Assembly (NCBI GenBank): GCA_051294375.1
Contig: JBJCIZ010000239.1
Span: 6,487,996 to 6,551,995 of the forward strand
DNA length: 64,000 nt
Direction of reading: 5' to 3'
DNA from: Paraspadella gotoi
Lineage: Eukaryota > Animalia > Chaetognatha
Part shown: in pieces, positions 12,701-28,300 of the stretch
Layout of the letters: every line of letters begins with the position of its first letter
Numbering within the stretch: position 1 is the first letter of the stretch
Made by a program: the position numbers and the translations under genes
Notes under the pieces: model-generated
Database searches by the model: none
Told to the model about the DNA's origin: nothing
The model's input: the letters and a program-made list of their open reading frames with translations, nothing else

Positions 12701-15700
12701 ATTTATCATGAAAGAGCCTGAGAAAAAAGGATTTAAGATAGCCAATCACAATTTAAATTTACTCTCCAGCTATTGATTTTTAAAAAGATGTCTCGTTTTT
12801 GAATATCCTAATTAAATTAAAGCTGGGCCAGTTAAATTTTATACTACAGTATTTGTAAGTACGTCATTCTTTTTAGATTTGAAAGGGCTTTCAGAAGATA
12901 ATAAAATTAATATTATTTTTTTTCAAATTTCTTTAGAAAACTTAAGAGAGAAAAAAATTAAATCTAAAAAAAGTGAGTTGGAAAATAAACCCGATTTTAC
13001 AAGCCAACTTTCTCCACTCTCATTGTCAAGGCATATCTTAACAGATCAATATAAAAATTGAACACATAAATTATTTTTATATGTTTTATTTAACTAATTT
13101 TTAAAATCATTGAAATAACCACTAGTTTGCAAATGTCAGCGCTTTTTTACCGGCGCTTGTAAAATTGTCACCATGTAAATCAGATTTTACGTTTTTAAAG
13201 CTCAGGTTAGAAATTAAGGTCAAAGATTTAGGGTTAGGGTTAGGGTTTAGAATTTGGTTCGTCATACAGATTAGGGTAAAAGAATATGTTATGGGTTTTA
13301 AAATAAAGGAGAATTAAATATTAATGTTAAAATAAAATTCAGAGATTAAGGAACAGAAATAGAGCACTTTTTAGAAAAAAAAGTTTAAAGTTGAAACTTT
13401 AATCAAATCCATTAGGAACAGAAATGGGGCGGTTTCAGAAAATAGTTCTCATACTTATTCTTCAGAAACATTGAGGAGCCCATGCACTGGAGGTATCCGT
13501 TGATGAGGATGGCCTTTCTGTCGGCCAGGATGTCGGCTTCGTCCATGAAGTGTGTCGTCAAGATGATTACCTTTTTTTCGTTTTTTGGGGGTTTTTATAA
13601 ATAAATTGATGAATAAATAAATAAATGATTAATAAATAGAATGATTGATAAACAGTGATTAAGAAAACGTGAGAAAGTGAGAAAGAGAAAAGAGCAAAGA
13701 GTGAAAGAAAAATATGTTAAAATTTCAAAAACAGTTTTTTCTAAGATTTTTTTGCCATATTTGGATTCGTCATAAAGTTGATATAAAGAAATATAACGTC
13801 TTTTTGAAAATTCCCTTCATTAAGTGCGGTCCCAAAAATTTTAGAAAAGATATTTTAGCTGAAAATTAACCCACGTTTCTTTATTATAATTCAAATATAG
13901 TTTTTTAAATTTAACCCACTTAATGAAATAATTTTTTAAAAAATGATTTTAATATTTCTATTATTCAACTTTTGACGACGGAATTCCCAAAATCTTGCCC
14001 AATCCCAAAATGTTTTTGTGTATAATATATGGTACATTGTCTATGGTCAATTATATCATTAATCGCACTTTAACATTTATACAATAATATTTATAAATTT
14101 AAATTTTTTTTTATTTTTTATCTGCCAGTGATGATTCTTTTCGAAAACCACATCATGTATATTTTTAAAAATTTTTATTTACTTTTTGTTTTATCTATCT
14201 TGTTTTTTCATCAATTCTTTTTTTTTTTTATATAACAAATTTTTTTATTTTTATATTTCTTTTCTCGCGCCCACCCTATCCCGCTTTTGCTGCGTGTGAT
14301 ACACATCTACTCCGATACGCCTTTCTCTCGCTGCTCCATCATTTCCTAGCCTTGTGTTTAGAAAATACTTACTTAGGTGGATGTGACTCTGTATTCAAAT
14401 TTTATATCTTAATTTACTTGTTTAAATTCTTTATTTTAAAACAATTTTAATATAATTTCTTTAAATATTTTTCTTTTAATTGAATTTGGTTTATCTTTTA
14501 AAAATTGTAATTTAAAAAAAATATATTTTTATAATTTTAAATTTTTTTTTGTTTAAATAAATCTTGTGTGATTCTCTTTTTCTTGTTGTTTCAAAAAAAA
14601 AATATTTTTTAAAATTATTATCTTTAATTTATTTTTAAAAAATTGATTTTTGTTTGTTTAAAATTTTGTTAATTAATCATCTTTATTTCAATGTATTTTT
14701 CGTCTTATTCCTTTATTATTATCAAATCATTTAATTTTTAATTAATAATTTTTTTTAAAAATATAAAATTTATAAATTTACTTAAAATCTGTTTTTTAAT
14801 GTTTTTCAAATTTAAAATAGTTACTTTGTGTCTAATTAATTTACCTGATATGTTTCTTCAATGAATTTCAATTTTGTGTAAAGATAAAATATTTTTATTT
14901 TTTATTTTAAAATTTATTTGTTTATTGTTTTTGTTGTTTGTTTTTATTTTTTAATATCTTTTAATTCTTTATGTTTATTTTTGTTAAATTATTTTTTATT
15001 TTAATTATTGTTTCTTCATTATATTTTTATTATAAAATTTTTTTTTTTATTTTTATTTTTTTTAATTTAAATTACTATTTACAAATTTGTTATAATTTTT
15101 TTCTTTAAAATTTATTTAAAAGTATATTTGTTCTAATTTATTTTTTTTCACAAATATAAATTATTTTTATGAAATTCTTTTTATTTTTATTAAAATTTTA
15201 TCAATTTTATTATTTTTGTTGTTGTATTATTAATTTTTATTTGTTTTTTATTCTATTATTTTTTTTTAATAATTTTTCTTATTCTTGTAAAAATGATTTA
15301 TTTTAATTTTTTTAAAAATTTTTCTTTTTTTTATTATTTTTTATTATAAAAATTGTAATAATTTTTATTTCAAAAAAATAATTTGTATTCTTTTTTTTAT
15401 AAAAAATTTATAAATTTAATAAATTTTTTCTTCATTTTATTTCATCCATTATATTTTACATTTAATTTTTTTTAATTATTGTTCTTTAAAAAAACCAATA
15501 ATTTTTATTTATTATTTTTATTATTAATTTTTTTTTTTTTATTCTATTTCTTTTATTTTTTTTAAAATTAATTAAATTTTGTTTTTAATTTTTTATTATT
15601 TTATTTTTGTTAATAAATTTATTTTCTTAAAATGTTTAAAATTTTTTTTTAATTTTTTTATATTTTTTTTTTTTAAATTTTTTCAAAATTCTTATTTTTT

Positions 15701-18700
15701 TATAATTATTTTTTTTTTTTTTTTAATAATTTAATCTTTATTATTAGATCAAATTTTTTTTTTTTATTTTATTTTTTTTTTTTTTATTTTTTTTAAATTT
15801 ATAAATTTTTTTAAATATTTTTTAATTTTTCTTTTTTTAATCTATTATTTTGTACGTTTTTAAATGTTATTTTTGGTAATATCTTAAAAAATTTTTTTTT
15901 GGTTATTAATTTTACCCATATTAATATTTAATTTTTTATCTAATAAATTTCTTCCAAAAATTTTTTTTTTTATGATTCTTTGTTTAATTTCGTTTCTAAT
16001 TTTTATTTATTATTTTTTATCTGTGTACTATGTACTTAAATTCTAATAATCTTCTTTTATTTTTTCTTTTTTTTTGTTAACATATCCATAAAATTAAATT
16101 TTTTTTAATTTTTTTTCTCTTTTTTTTTTATTAATGCTCTGCATTTTCTTTTTATATTGTTTGTCTCTCAAATTTTTGTAATTTTTTTTTTCCCCTTTTT
16201 TCTTTTTAAACATCTTATCTCTTTTTATTCTTTTATTCTAAATTTTATTCTTTTTTTTTTTTTAAATCTTTATGTTTTTCTTATAGAAAAGCTTATTGAA
16301 ATTTTTCGATTTTATAAGGATAGTACTATATTATAATATAGCCTACCTGCGAAAATTAAAAAACATAAATTAATTTTTTTTTTACAAATTAATGTTCACT
16401 CATGGTATGTTGTTCATAATTGACTTTTAGAATTTTTCGTATGTAACTTTCACTACGCCTTAATATGACATATTAATGGGTTTTTTATGTTATTGCATAG
16501 GTGATTTAATTATTTTAAACAAACTTGTGAATTAAACAGAGAGGACAGGAAGAGCTATTTCAGTGAACACGATGCGAGAACATTTACAAAAAAATTAAAG
16601 GCTGTACCAAAGTCTGCATAATACTAGTTATGCGTATTATTAATAGCACGCAAATTTCTAAAAATATTAATTCATTAGCCTCAATGTTAACCTTCACAGC
16701 CTTTCTCTCACACCACTATGGAAGCGTATGACGGTAGAGCGATGAGATTACTCTAACGTAATTTGATGACAGCTGGCACGGCCAAAGTCCCAAAACCGGG
16801 TGATAATAAAGAGTGAGGTGGTGTTGTACTTACTCACCGGCCGCGCGAACGGGTCGAACTTCCTTACCTGCCGAGAAAAAGTGGGAGGAAATTGAATGAA
16901 TTATGGTGGACTAAATCCGCCAACCGTTCATCAGCGGCATTGGTCCCGAAGGCAAGTCATTCGGCCTCCAACAACCAAAGGATACGGCGGTTCAAGCCGC
17001 GGGGTCGTATCGTAGGTTAAGAGGGACGGGACGCTTAACCCGCCTGTATCATGGTGTTACAGGCCCTGATCCGAAGCGCAGGGACTGCTGATATTCTGTC
17101 ACTAACAACATAACAATAGTTACTGTTTCTCAGAATTTATTAATAGCTCAACTTACTCAACTTTTTTTATGAGCTAAATTAGTTTGTTTCAATTTCGTAA
17201 TAAGCTTTTTTCTCCAATTCTCATTTATTATTTGCTTTAGCTAAAACTCTAGCTAGTTTTTTTTGTGCATTGTGAGAAGAATTCTATTGTAGAAGTACAA
17301 GATTTAGGGTATAACATTAGGGTTAGTGATTAGATTAAAGTTAGAAAATATTAATTAGGGATTTATATTCTGGATTTGATAAACTTTACGAATAGATCGG
17401 TAAAAATATTAAGGTGTTAAAATCAAATTCCAAATTAAATATCTAAAGATACCAAAATAGCTGCTATTCTGTTGCATAAGTTCAGCGTTGGTAACGCTCC
17501 CTTCAAATTCATCATTGACGAATTTTCTGCTTCAAACCTTCAACCCACATGGGAAACATCTTAAACGTCTTGAACGCTTTCCCGAATCCTCCTTCGTGAA
17601 TACTTTTTCTCCCGTATTTGTAAGTCTTTTTCTCACTCATTCGCTTGTAAGTGTTGGTAAAGGCCATGTAATATTGTTTTAAATTCTTCAAAGTAGGAGA
17701 TCTGGAAAAAAAAGAGTCGTGGTTTTTTTTTTTTTTTGTTGGTTTGTTAAAAGCACTGTTGTGGTAGTACGTTTTACCCTTCAAACTCGGCTGACAGTCA
17801 ACAACAGCGTATGGCGCCGGAGGTAACATGCACTCCTCCCACTCACCAGGTTAGGGTTCACAACCTGCTAAGGGGCGTCTAACCCACCTGTAGTGACGGC
17901 TAACAGCTCGCGGCATTGTCCTCCAGTGGTTAGCCCAATACAATCATGCTGCATCGCTACACCTTCTGCCCCGGGCCTGTTAAAACAACTCTGCCCTCAA
18001 CCAATGCTGGAAAGACGAGCAGGGGACAGAAGCCGTCGAAAGGCACTCAGCAGCATCAGCACCAACAGCATTCAGCCATCACACTTTAGGGCGCGGCGAT
18101 GCCGAGGAGGATTTGTTGTGTTAGTACAATAATACCACACAAGTTCAGTCCAAGAATGAAGCAGCCACTTATGCTGCAGGACAGGTAACAACCGCCAATG
18201 ACTTGGGTTCGTTCCCTGCTGATTCAATACAAGTGGAGGGTGATGGGTGTCTAACCCACTTTGTAGTGACAGATACAGCACAGTTAAAGTATTGGGACCT
18301 TGTGTGCAATGAACGATGGCTTCCTGCATCGTTTTTTTACAACCACCTATTTTAACCTCAAATTTTGTCTAAGTTTAAACACATTAGGCTCAGGGTGAGA
18401 TTAGAGTTAAGGACTACTTAATATAGATTAGTTAGGGGATTAGGCTTAGGGGATTTTGTTTGTAGTTTGTCTAGATAAGAATTAGTATGTTCTAGAATAG
18501 GATTAAAGTTAAGGCATTCGGTTTAGGATTGATATTTCGAAAAAGATTAAGGTCTAACTTAAAATATAACTAGACTGAGGATAAAGGACACAGATATTAA
18601 GGGCTTTGTGGCAAGGAAATAGTTTTTGGGACTTTTTGAAACTGTTTCGATAAGTTGAATCATCTCGAGTAAGACAGGTTCATGCCTTAAGACGGGGGTG

Positions 18701-20634
18701 AACTTATGCACCGACTACACCCTTGCTCACCTTTAAAACTCCTTCACCCAATTTCTAACCCACCCCAAAAAATGAAAACCCCTTTACCGTGCATCGAAGA
18801 TGTTTCTGTAGCGAAAAACGAATGTTTGTAGAGCGGCGACTGGTGAGGCCACTCGCTAAGCGGCGACCGCCGCGGCGGAGACGGTTAGGCGAGGCGCGTG
18901 GCCGAGGCTTGTGGCGTGGAGGGAGTGTTGTGAAGGCGGGTGGCGACGACGTCGACGACGATGTTGGCTTCTCGGTCCCCTTCTTTGGCGACTTCTTCGG
19001 TCGTTTCTTTCGTTCGTTCTTCGGCAGCGGCTGTCTTTGGCATACCGATCATTCCCAGGAGTCGCTCGCAGTGTCGGCATTCGCTCGTGTCCAGAGGAAA
19101 GGATAAAAGAGTCATGACTTTGTCCGGGAGGAAGGGGTAGAGCTGCGGTTTCTTCACGTGCATCTGGTTTGATGGCACCAAGGTAAGCAGCGACCTTCTT
19201 TCGCGTTGAGTTCCAGTTGTTATAGGGAGAAGACGAACGATTTTTTTTTTCGAAGGTTTGGCGCTGTGGATATTGAAGCGTTAGGATAGAGTTAGATCGA
19301 TGGAGGAAGATAAAGATTAAGTCGGGTGGTAAGATGGTCACAAGTTAGTCGCAGATAGTCTTTTAAGTACATGAATGGCTAGTGCATAGTACAACAAAAG
19401 ATTCCCTGGTCTAAATTGGAGGGGGTTGTCTTATTAAAACATTCATTGAATTATTCATCCACTACCATTGATAAGGAGCCAGATGCACTGGAACTTCCTT
19501 AACTAGACTGTGGGAGAGTCTTGATTGAAAGCTGCGGAATCTCGCTATGAAATAAGTACCACTTTATAAAAATTATACTTATATTGAATAAACAAGTTAT
19601 CTTGCCCCTGACATTATGTCTCTGGATAGTCGTGGTCGGTTTTTGGCCTTCATCGCTCATACAAGATTTTACAAGATCCTGAACGTTTTCAATTAGGACG
19701 CAATCATAGTTTAGTTTACTTACTCCCTTTGTGTCGGCTTCCCTATCAACATTATTTCAATGGGATGATTGTAAATATCTTGTAAAAATGGATGCAGGCG
19801 GCTCTTCTCTCTCTCTCCCTCTCCCAACTTCCTCCTCCTTTTTCCCTCCCCCCTTTCCTGCAGAGTAAAAAGGAAGGACTTGTCTTTCAATCTCTTTTCG
19901 TTGACGTAGAGTGAGAGATTTGTCCCGTACACCGTCGGGTTGGTTTGGAGGACAAGTGACCCCAGCCTGACAGGAAGTTTGATGAGAGTACATGACCCCG
20001 CTGATGTAGCCGAGGAAGACGGGGCTTTGAATGAACATCATGAGCATGAGGTAGAGGCCAGGGAAGAGGAAGATCATCACGGCCGACGCTTTCTGCTTAA
20101 CCTACGGACGGGATGTGCGAATACGGAAGGGGGGCGGAGGGTTTAGGGCGGTGGGTTAGTGTTGAGGAAGTAGGGGTGTGGTGAAGGGGAAACTTTGGAC
20201 TTTAAGCAAGTCTCTTACCCACATTTTTACGCCCATACATACTGATGTATTTGAAAAAAAGCAATTTTGAACTTTAAATGTATCATAAAAAATACCGAGA
20301 CTATGTAATATCTTGAAACAGAGCGTCATAACGTCTCTGCTCTACAAATATTTTTTTTTTTTTGAGGCATGCTTAGTACCATGGTTTTGAATTTGATATT
20401 AAACATGGCGTTGAGCTTCTGAAAAGTCAGCTTAGGTCCAGGTTGTGTGACTTTCCCCATTTTAGGCAACTTGGCTCCTCGTCTGACGTGGAGAGAGAAA
20501 AGAAAAAATGGAGGAAAATAAACTAAAAAAATTAAAATTGTATATTGTCCAAATTTTCTTTTTTTTAACATCAATTTTTCTGCATCGCATTCTGGCTATT
20601 CCATCTAAACAGACGACAAGAACAACAACGACAA

Positions 20635-20683
<49 letters not shown>

Positions 20684-23600
20684 CTCTTTCTCTTTCTTTC
20701 TTCTTTCTCTTTGTACGTATATATTCATTGCTCATGCTAATGTATTTATTTTATGAAATTCATAATTTTTAATTTCGTGCACTGATTAAAATAATAGTAT
20801 ATAAATGACAAAAAAATTATATTATATTAGTTAAAATTCTCTTTTACAGATAAAATATTACCGATGAGATGAAAAAATGAAATACTAAATATAAAATATT
20901 GAATAATAAATAATAAAATAAATCAAATCAAAAATTACAGATAAAATATTAGAGATTAGTTATGACATAAGATATATAAATCTAAAAACTTCAAATATTC
21001 TTTAAAAGTCATCACTTGACTTGCACTGCCTCTCCATAGTGAAATACAATCATTACTTATAAATTTTCATAAAAATAAAGCATTATATATAAAAATATAT
21101 ATAACAGATTGAAAAAAAGGCTATGCATTCTGGACCCTCGCCTTTTCTGTCCAGCCTTGGGCAACAAATTCAGTGTGGAAGGTCGATCTTGGATTTCGTT
21201 TTCGCTTGTAAAGAAGGGGAATCCGAATCGGATTCTCTGTAGGGGGGGAGGTGGAGATGAAAAATGGGGTGGCGGTGGAGGGGGGTGAATATTAAATCAG
21301 AGGGGAGTTATTAATTAAGTTGGATGTTAAAATTTAAAAAAAACTATAATGTTAACCTAAAAATTAAAAAACGGGTATAATAAGTATTATAATTTGATAA
21401 AATAATTTTGAAAACAATTAATATAATACCATCTTTTAACGACTCTCAATCTTACCTTATTATTAAAAAACAGATTATTTTTAAAATTTTGACTTATTTG
21501 TATGTATTACTACTTTAAACATAAAATAAACTTACCAAAAATATTTTTGAAGGTTATTATTTTTATGTTTATTCAAATCAAATATTATATCAGAATTAAG
21601 TTTGTTTCAAGGTTATGCCATTAAGATTTGATTTTAGTTAGGAATTAGGGTTATAGATTAAGGTTTAGGTTTATAAGATAAGGTTAGGGATTTAAGTGAG
21701 GAATTAGAAATTGAAATTAGGAATTAAGGTTAAGGAATGATAGGTAAAACTGAATATTAACCGTGTAGGATCTTCCCGGTTGGTAATTTGTTTTCTGCTT
21801 TAAAGCACTGACTTAAAAAAATATTTTTTTTGTTAAAAAAAGAATAGTTGTTTTTCAAAAACCACCCCTAACCCTAATATTAAACCACCCTTACCCTTGC
21901 TACCACTTAACCCTAACTACCCCTAATCCTAACCCACTTAACCTTAACCACCCCTAACCATAACCACCCCTAACCCTCGCCACCTCTAAGCTCTAACTTT
22001 AAATACCCTTACACCTTAATCAAACTTTTATTTTTTTCCTAATAATATCAAACCAAGGTAATGATATATGCAAATAAAAAATAACCGACCGTCTCGGTTG
22101 TGGTCGGCGAAAAGTACAATTATGCCGAATGATTTTTAGGGCGAGGATTTTGAAAAAAAAAAGTTCAGCTGGATGAGGAAACAGAAATGGGGGCGCTGTC
22201 CGGGAAAAAAAATAATACTAGGTTTTAAAATTATATAATTATATCTTTAATAAATTCTAATACTCACCCATCTGATCCTCCATGCTGACCGCACCCAGCT
22301 CGTCGATCATCTTGAGAAAGACCTCGTCCAAGGACGTCATCGAGATCCCGTAGTTCTCGATCCCGAGATCGGCCAATGTGGCAGGATCCTCCAGGCTGGC
22401 GAAGAGAAGCGGGAACTGAGCCGCGGATTCGCGGGGAGAGTGAAGATGATTTCCTGTGAATATCGGAGAGTGAGGATAGGGGGTGAAGGGGGACGAGAGT
22501 GAAGATGATGTTCCTGTGAATATTGGAGAGTGAGATGGGGGCGTTAGGGGGGGAAGAAAAAGGGTGTGAAGTGGAGGAAGGAGGGAGGTAGGGTTAAGTC
22601 AGTGGAGTGCCCAACCATTCTTTGTAAAGTTGAAGGAAATATAGAATTATTTATGTAACTTGGCAAAATGAAATCGGTTTGGGTCTTTTTTTAAAAGAAA
22701 CCTTAAATGTTATTGGGTAATTTTTTCAAATGTCTTAAGCTTTAATGAAAGTAATTTATAATTATTGTAAATAGAACTTTGTGTTGGCGCCTTTAATGTT
22801 GTCTTTTAAATTGTTTTTTTTTTTACTCAAAGCCCTAACCTTTTCCACATCTAAATTCTTACCTCTTGGAAGCCTCACCTGGCCGTGCAGCCTCCCAGCG
22901 TCGCCGAAGGCAGATAATTCATCACGAAGTTCGCTATTTTGTCCCACGTTCACTGATCCTTTTGTCACGAGGTTCAGGTGTGATAACCCAGCGCCGAATT
23001 CTGTAGAAAGTTTGCCTTTTTTTACCAAAAACGTCCCGTTTTATCTTGAATCTCGGAATTACATGGTGACAATTTTACAAGCGCCGGTAGAAATACGTTT
23101 TCATTTGCAAACCAGTGGTTATTCTTCATTGATTTTAAAAATTAGTTGAGTATAAAATACTAAAACTATTTATGTGTTAAAATTTTATATTGATCAGTTA
23201 AGATATGTTTGACAATGAGTGGAGAAAGTTGGCTTTTCAAATCGGGTCTTAATTTTCCAACTCACTGTTTTAAATTAAATTTTTTTTTAACTTTTAGCAC
23301 TTTTTTAAAAAAAAATATTTATTAAATATTAACATTATTAATATCCTCAGAAAGCCTTTAAAAATATGAACGAGAATGATATCCTTACGAAAGCTCTAAC
23401 ATAAAAAGTGAGCTGCCCAGCCTTGGTTCAATTAAGAGTGTCAAAAGTAAATTATTTAAAATTTTAAATTTAAAAAAAAAAAAATTTTTATGACCCTGTT
23501 TAAATTATTATAACATAAAATATTATTATTTATCATGAAGAGCCTGAGAAAAAAGGATTTAAGATAGCCAATCACAATTTAAATTTACTCTCCAGCTATT

Positions 23601-24638
23601 GATTTTTAAAAAGATGTCTCGTTTTTGAATATCCTAATTAAATTAAAGCTGGGCCAGTTAAATTTTATACTACAGTATTTGTAAGTACGTCATTTCTTTT
23701 TAGATTGAAAGGGCTTTCAGAAGATAATAAAATTAAATATTATTTTTTTTCAAATTTCTTTAGAAAACTTAAGAGAGAAAAAAATTAAATCTAAAAAAAG
23801 GTGAGTTGGAAAAATAAAACCCGATTTTACAAGCCAACTTTCTCCACTCTATTGTCAAGGCATATCTTAACAGATCAATATAAAAATTGAACACATAAAT
23901 TATTTTTATATGTTTTATTTAACTAATTTTTAAAATCATTGAAATACACTAGTTGCAAATGTCAGCGCTTTTTTTACCGGCGCTTGTAAAATTGTCACCA
24001 TGTAAATCAGATTTTACGTTTTTAAAGCTCAGGTTAGAAATTAAGGTCGAAGATTTAGGTAGGGTTAGGTGTTTGAGAATTTGGTTCCTCATACAGATTA
24101 GGGTAAAAGAAATATGTTATGGGTTTTAAAATAAAGGAGAATTAAATATTATGTTAAATAAAATTCAGAGATTAAGGAATAGAAATAGAGCACTTTTTAG
24201 AAAAAAAAGTTTAAAGTTGAAACTTTAATCAAATCCATTAGGAACAGAAATGGGCGCGGTTTCAGAAAATAGTTTCTCATACTATATTCTTCAGAAACAT
24301 TGAGGAGCCCAGATGCACTGGAGGTATCCGTTGATGAGGATGGCCTTTCTGTCGGCCAGGATGTCGGCTTCGTCCATGAAGTGTGTCGTCAAGATGATTA
24401 CCTTTTTTTCGTTTTTTGGGGGTTTTTTATAAATAAATTGATTGAATAAATAAATGATTAATAAATATAGCAAGATTGATAAATACAATGATTAAGGAAA
24501 ACGCAGGTAATAAAAAAGAGAAGAAAGAGAAAGAGCAAAGAGTGAAAGAAAAATAAGACAAAGAGAGAGAGATAGGGAACACGAGAGAGCGTGTGATAAA
24601 GATGAAAAGAGAGGGAGAGAGAGAGAGAGAGCACAGAG

Positions 24639-24701
<63 letters not shown>

Positions 24702-24866
24702 CGCCAGAACGCCTTCACCTTCCCCTGCTTTATCCTTCCTTCAGANNNNNNNNNNNNNNNNNNNNNNNNNTTTACAGACAAAGAGAGAGATTAGGAACAG
24801 AGAGTAGCGTGTGCATAAAGATGAAAATGAGAGGGAGGGAGAGAGAGAGAGGAGGATAGAAGGAGA

Positions 24867-24909
<43 letters not shown>

Positions 24910-25338
24910 AGAGAAAGAAGAGACCATGCAACGCCTTCAACCTTCCCCTGCTTTCCTCCTTCAGACGATCCCACAACGCACGCTCCTCGAGAAAGGGGTT
25001 CAACCGGCCGTGGTTCGTCGAAGCAGCACCATCTTCGATTCCCCGTCAACCGGCGATGGCCGACCCGAAGAGTTTTACCGCTTCTGTCCTCCGCCTCAAC
25101 TTTCTCGTCCACCGTGCTCTTTCCTTCTCCCAAGGAGAACTTGTTCAGACGGACTTTTCGATCCCTTGATGCTTGTTCTTGTTTGCGGATGCCCCTGTCG
25201 TGGAGAGGAGGGAGGGATGAGGAGAGGGAAAAAGCCCCCTTTTTTTTACTTCGGCAGGGGAGGAGAAGAGAGAGCAGAAGCGAGAGAGAGAGAGAAGGAT
25301 GAGAGATCGAGAGAGAGAGAGAGAGAGAGAGAGGAGAG

Positions 25339-25369
<31 letters not shown>

Positions 25370-28300
25370 GAGAGATAAAGATAAAAAAAAAAGAAAATTT
25401 ATTGTCAATGCTCCAAAGTATTAAAGTTTACACTGACAATAACAACCATACAGTACAATTAAAAAAAGTAAAATAAATAACATAAACTTACAATGTAATG
25501 TACTACATAGTTTACATTTTCAGTGTATTACACAAAAAAGAGAGGAAAGAGGGGAGCAGAGGGGAAGAGAGAGAGAACAAGCACTCACCCGCTCACCTGG
25601 AATCTGCTGAAGAGGACCAAATGTTCCTTGCAGGTCAAATTTGTCGGAAGATGATGTCGTGTTTGGGGACAAATGGCCTGTCATCTGGAAGAGGAGAGAC
25701 GGACGTTGAACGATTCGTGAAAGTGAGTCCCGTCTTTCGTCCTCTTATCGATACTTGAAAAAAGGCTTTTTCTCTGACCCCTTGTCTGTAAGCTTCTGCC
25801 TTTTGTGTCCTTCAATCCTAATCAATCAATCAATCAAGCAATCATACCAAACAATCAATCACGATATCAAGTTATATCTCTCAATGCGTCAGCAACCAAT
25901 CATTTCATTCAATAAATCACTAAGTCGATCAATCACTCAAGTCAATTCAATCACTTATTATAATCACTCAGTCAATAAACCATTAACTCAATTCAATAAC
26001 TGCTCAGTCGATCAATCACTAACTCAATCAATCAATGCACTTACTCAATCAATCACTCAGTCAATGATTCACTTTTCTCCTTCATAAACCTCAAGTTTTT
26101 TTCTTTATTTCTTTAATCTCCCTTCATTACTCTTCCCCCGCTTCATCGCTCCCCCGCATCCCCACGCACCCCACTAGGGGTGTGTCAAAATTCTAAAAGT
26201 TGTTCTGACCTAAATTTACAATCTAACACAAGGGGCAGGGTCAAAATTAAATAGGTTTGCACGAATCGCCATTCAAATTGGTTTCTAACACCCTTACGTC
26301 ACCCTTGCTTAAAGACAGTTCTAGCACCACCTTCACATCATAAGTCACTGTGTCTAAAGTATGAGAGATTTTACGTCTTACCTTTAATTTATTAGTTTAA
26401 AAAAATGTGCCCAAAGGGTTAACTATATAAAATTTCAAGTCTCTACTCCATCTCGTGGCTCCCACAACAGCATCCACAACCTGCTGAGAGAATGTACAAG
26501 CCCCATTGCATGATGACATTATCTATGAAGTTGTGGGCAGGTAACCTAAATATTTCCAATAAATTTTATTCACAACTAGCGCTACTCTTTGTAATTGAGC
26601 CATCATTTTTTTATAAAATAGTGTAGTCACATCCTGGAAGGATAAATCCTGTACAGATTCTTTTAAAAAATAAATTATGCCCACAAAATATTTATCAATA
26701 ATTTTTGTTTATGGCATCAATCAATAAAGGTAGATGGCGGTTAGCAAGTGGTATTGTTAAATTCATTTGATTTGACCATGTACTTTTCAAGATAGCCCGT
26801 TTTAAAGGCATTCTTCAAAAAAAAATTTTAAACACTGCACTCAGATGGCTAAAAAACCTCCTTCAGCAGATCCCACAACGCCCTCCTCGAGAAGGGGTCC
26901 AAGCCGGCCGTGGGTTCGTCGAAGAGCACCATCTTCGGATTCCCCGTCAACGCGATGGCGACCGAGAGCTTCCGCTTCTGTCCTCCGCTCAACTTTCTAG
27001 TCACCGTGTCTTTCTTCTCCCAAAGGAGAACTTGTTTCAGACGCTTTTCGACTTCGTTCTTGATGTTGCGGATGCCCTGCGTGGAGAGGGAGGGAGGGNN
27101 NNNNNNNNNNNNNNNNNNNNNNNATGTTAAAATTTCAAAAACAGTTTTTTCTAAGATTTTTTTGCCATATTTGGATTCGTCATAAAGTTGATATAAAGAA
27201 ATATAACGTCTTTTTGAAAATTCCCTTCATTAAGTGCGGTCCCAAAAATTTTAGAAAAGATATTTTAGCTGAAAATTAACCCACGTTTCTTTATTATAAT
27301 TCAAATATAGTTTTTTAAATTTAACCCACTTAATGAAATAATTTTTTAAAAAATGATTTTAATATTTCTATTATTCAACTTTTGACGACGGAATTCCCAA
27401 AATCTTGCCCAATCCCAAAATGTTTTTGTGTATAATATATGGTACATTGTCTATGGTCAATTATATCATTAATCGCACTTTAACATTTATACAATAATAT
27501 TTATAAATTTAAATTTTTTTTTATTTTTTATCTGCCAGTGATGATTCTTTTCGAAAACCACATCATGTATATTTTTAAAAATTTTTATTTACTTTTTGTT
27601 TTATCTATCTTGTTTTTTCATCAATTCTTTTTTTTTTTTATATAACAAATTTTTTTATTTTTATATTTCTTTTCTCGCGCCCACCCTATCCCGCTTTTGC
27701 TGCGTGTGATACACATCTACTCCGATACGCCTTTCTCTCGCTGCTCCATCATTTCCTAGCCTTGTGTTTAGAAAATACTTACTTAGGTGGATGTGACTCT
27801 GTATTCAAATTTTATATCTTAATTTACTTGTTTAAATTCTTTATTTTAAAACAATTTTAATATAATTTCTTTAAATATTTTTCTTTTAATTGAATTTGGT
27901 TTATCTTTTAAAAATTGTAATTTAAAAAAAATATATTTTTATAATTTTAAATTTTTTTTTGTTTAAATAAATCTTGTGTGATTCTCTTTTTCTTGTTGTT
28001 TCAAAAAAAAAATATTTTTTAAAATTATTATCTTTAATTTATTTTTAAAAAATTGATTTTTGTTTGTTTAAAATTTTGTTAATTAATCATCTTTATTTCA
28101 ATGTATTTTTCGTCTTATTCCTTTATTATTATCAAATCATTTAATTTTTAATTAATAATTTTTTTTAAAAATATAAAATTTATAAATTTACTTAAAATCT
28201 GTTTTTTAATGTTTTTCAAATTTAAAATAGTTACTTTGTGTCTAATTAATTTACCTGATATGTTTCTTCAATGAATTTCAATTTTGTGTAAAGATAAAAT

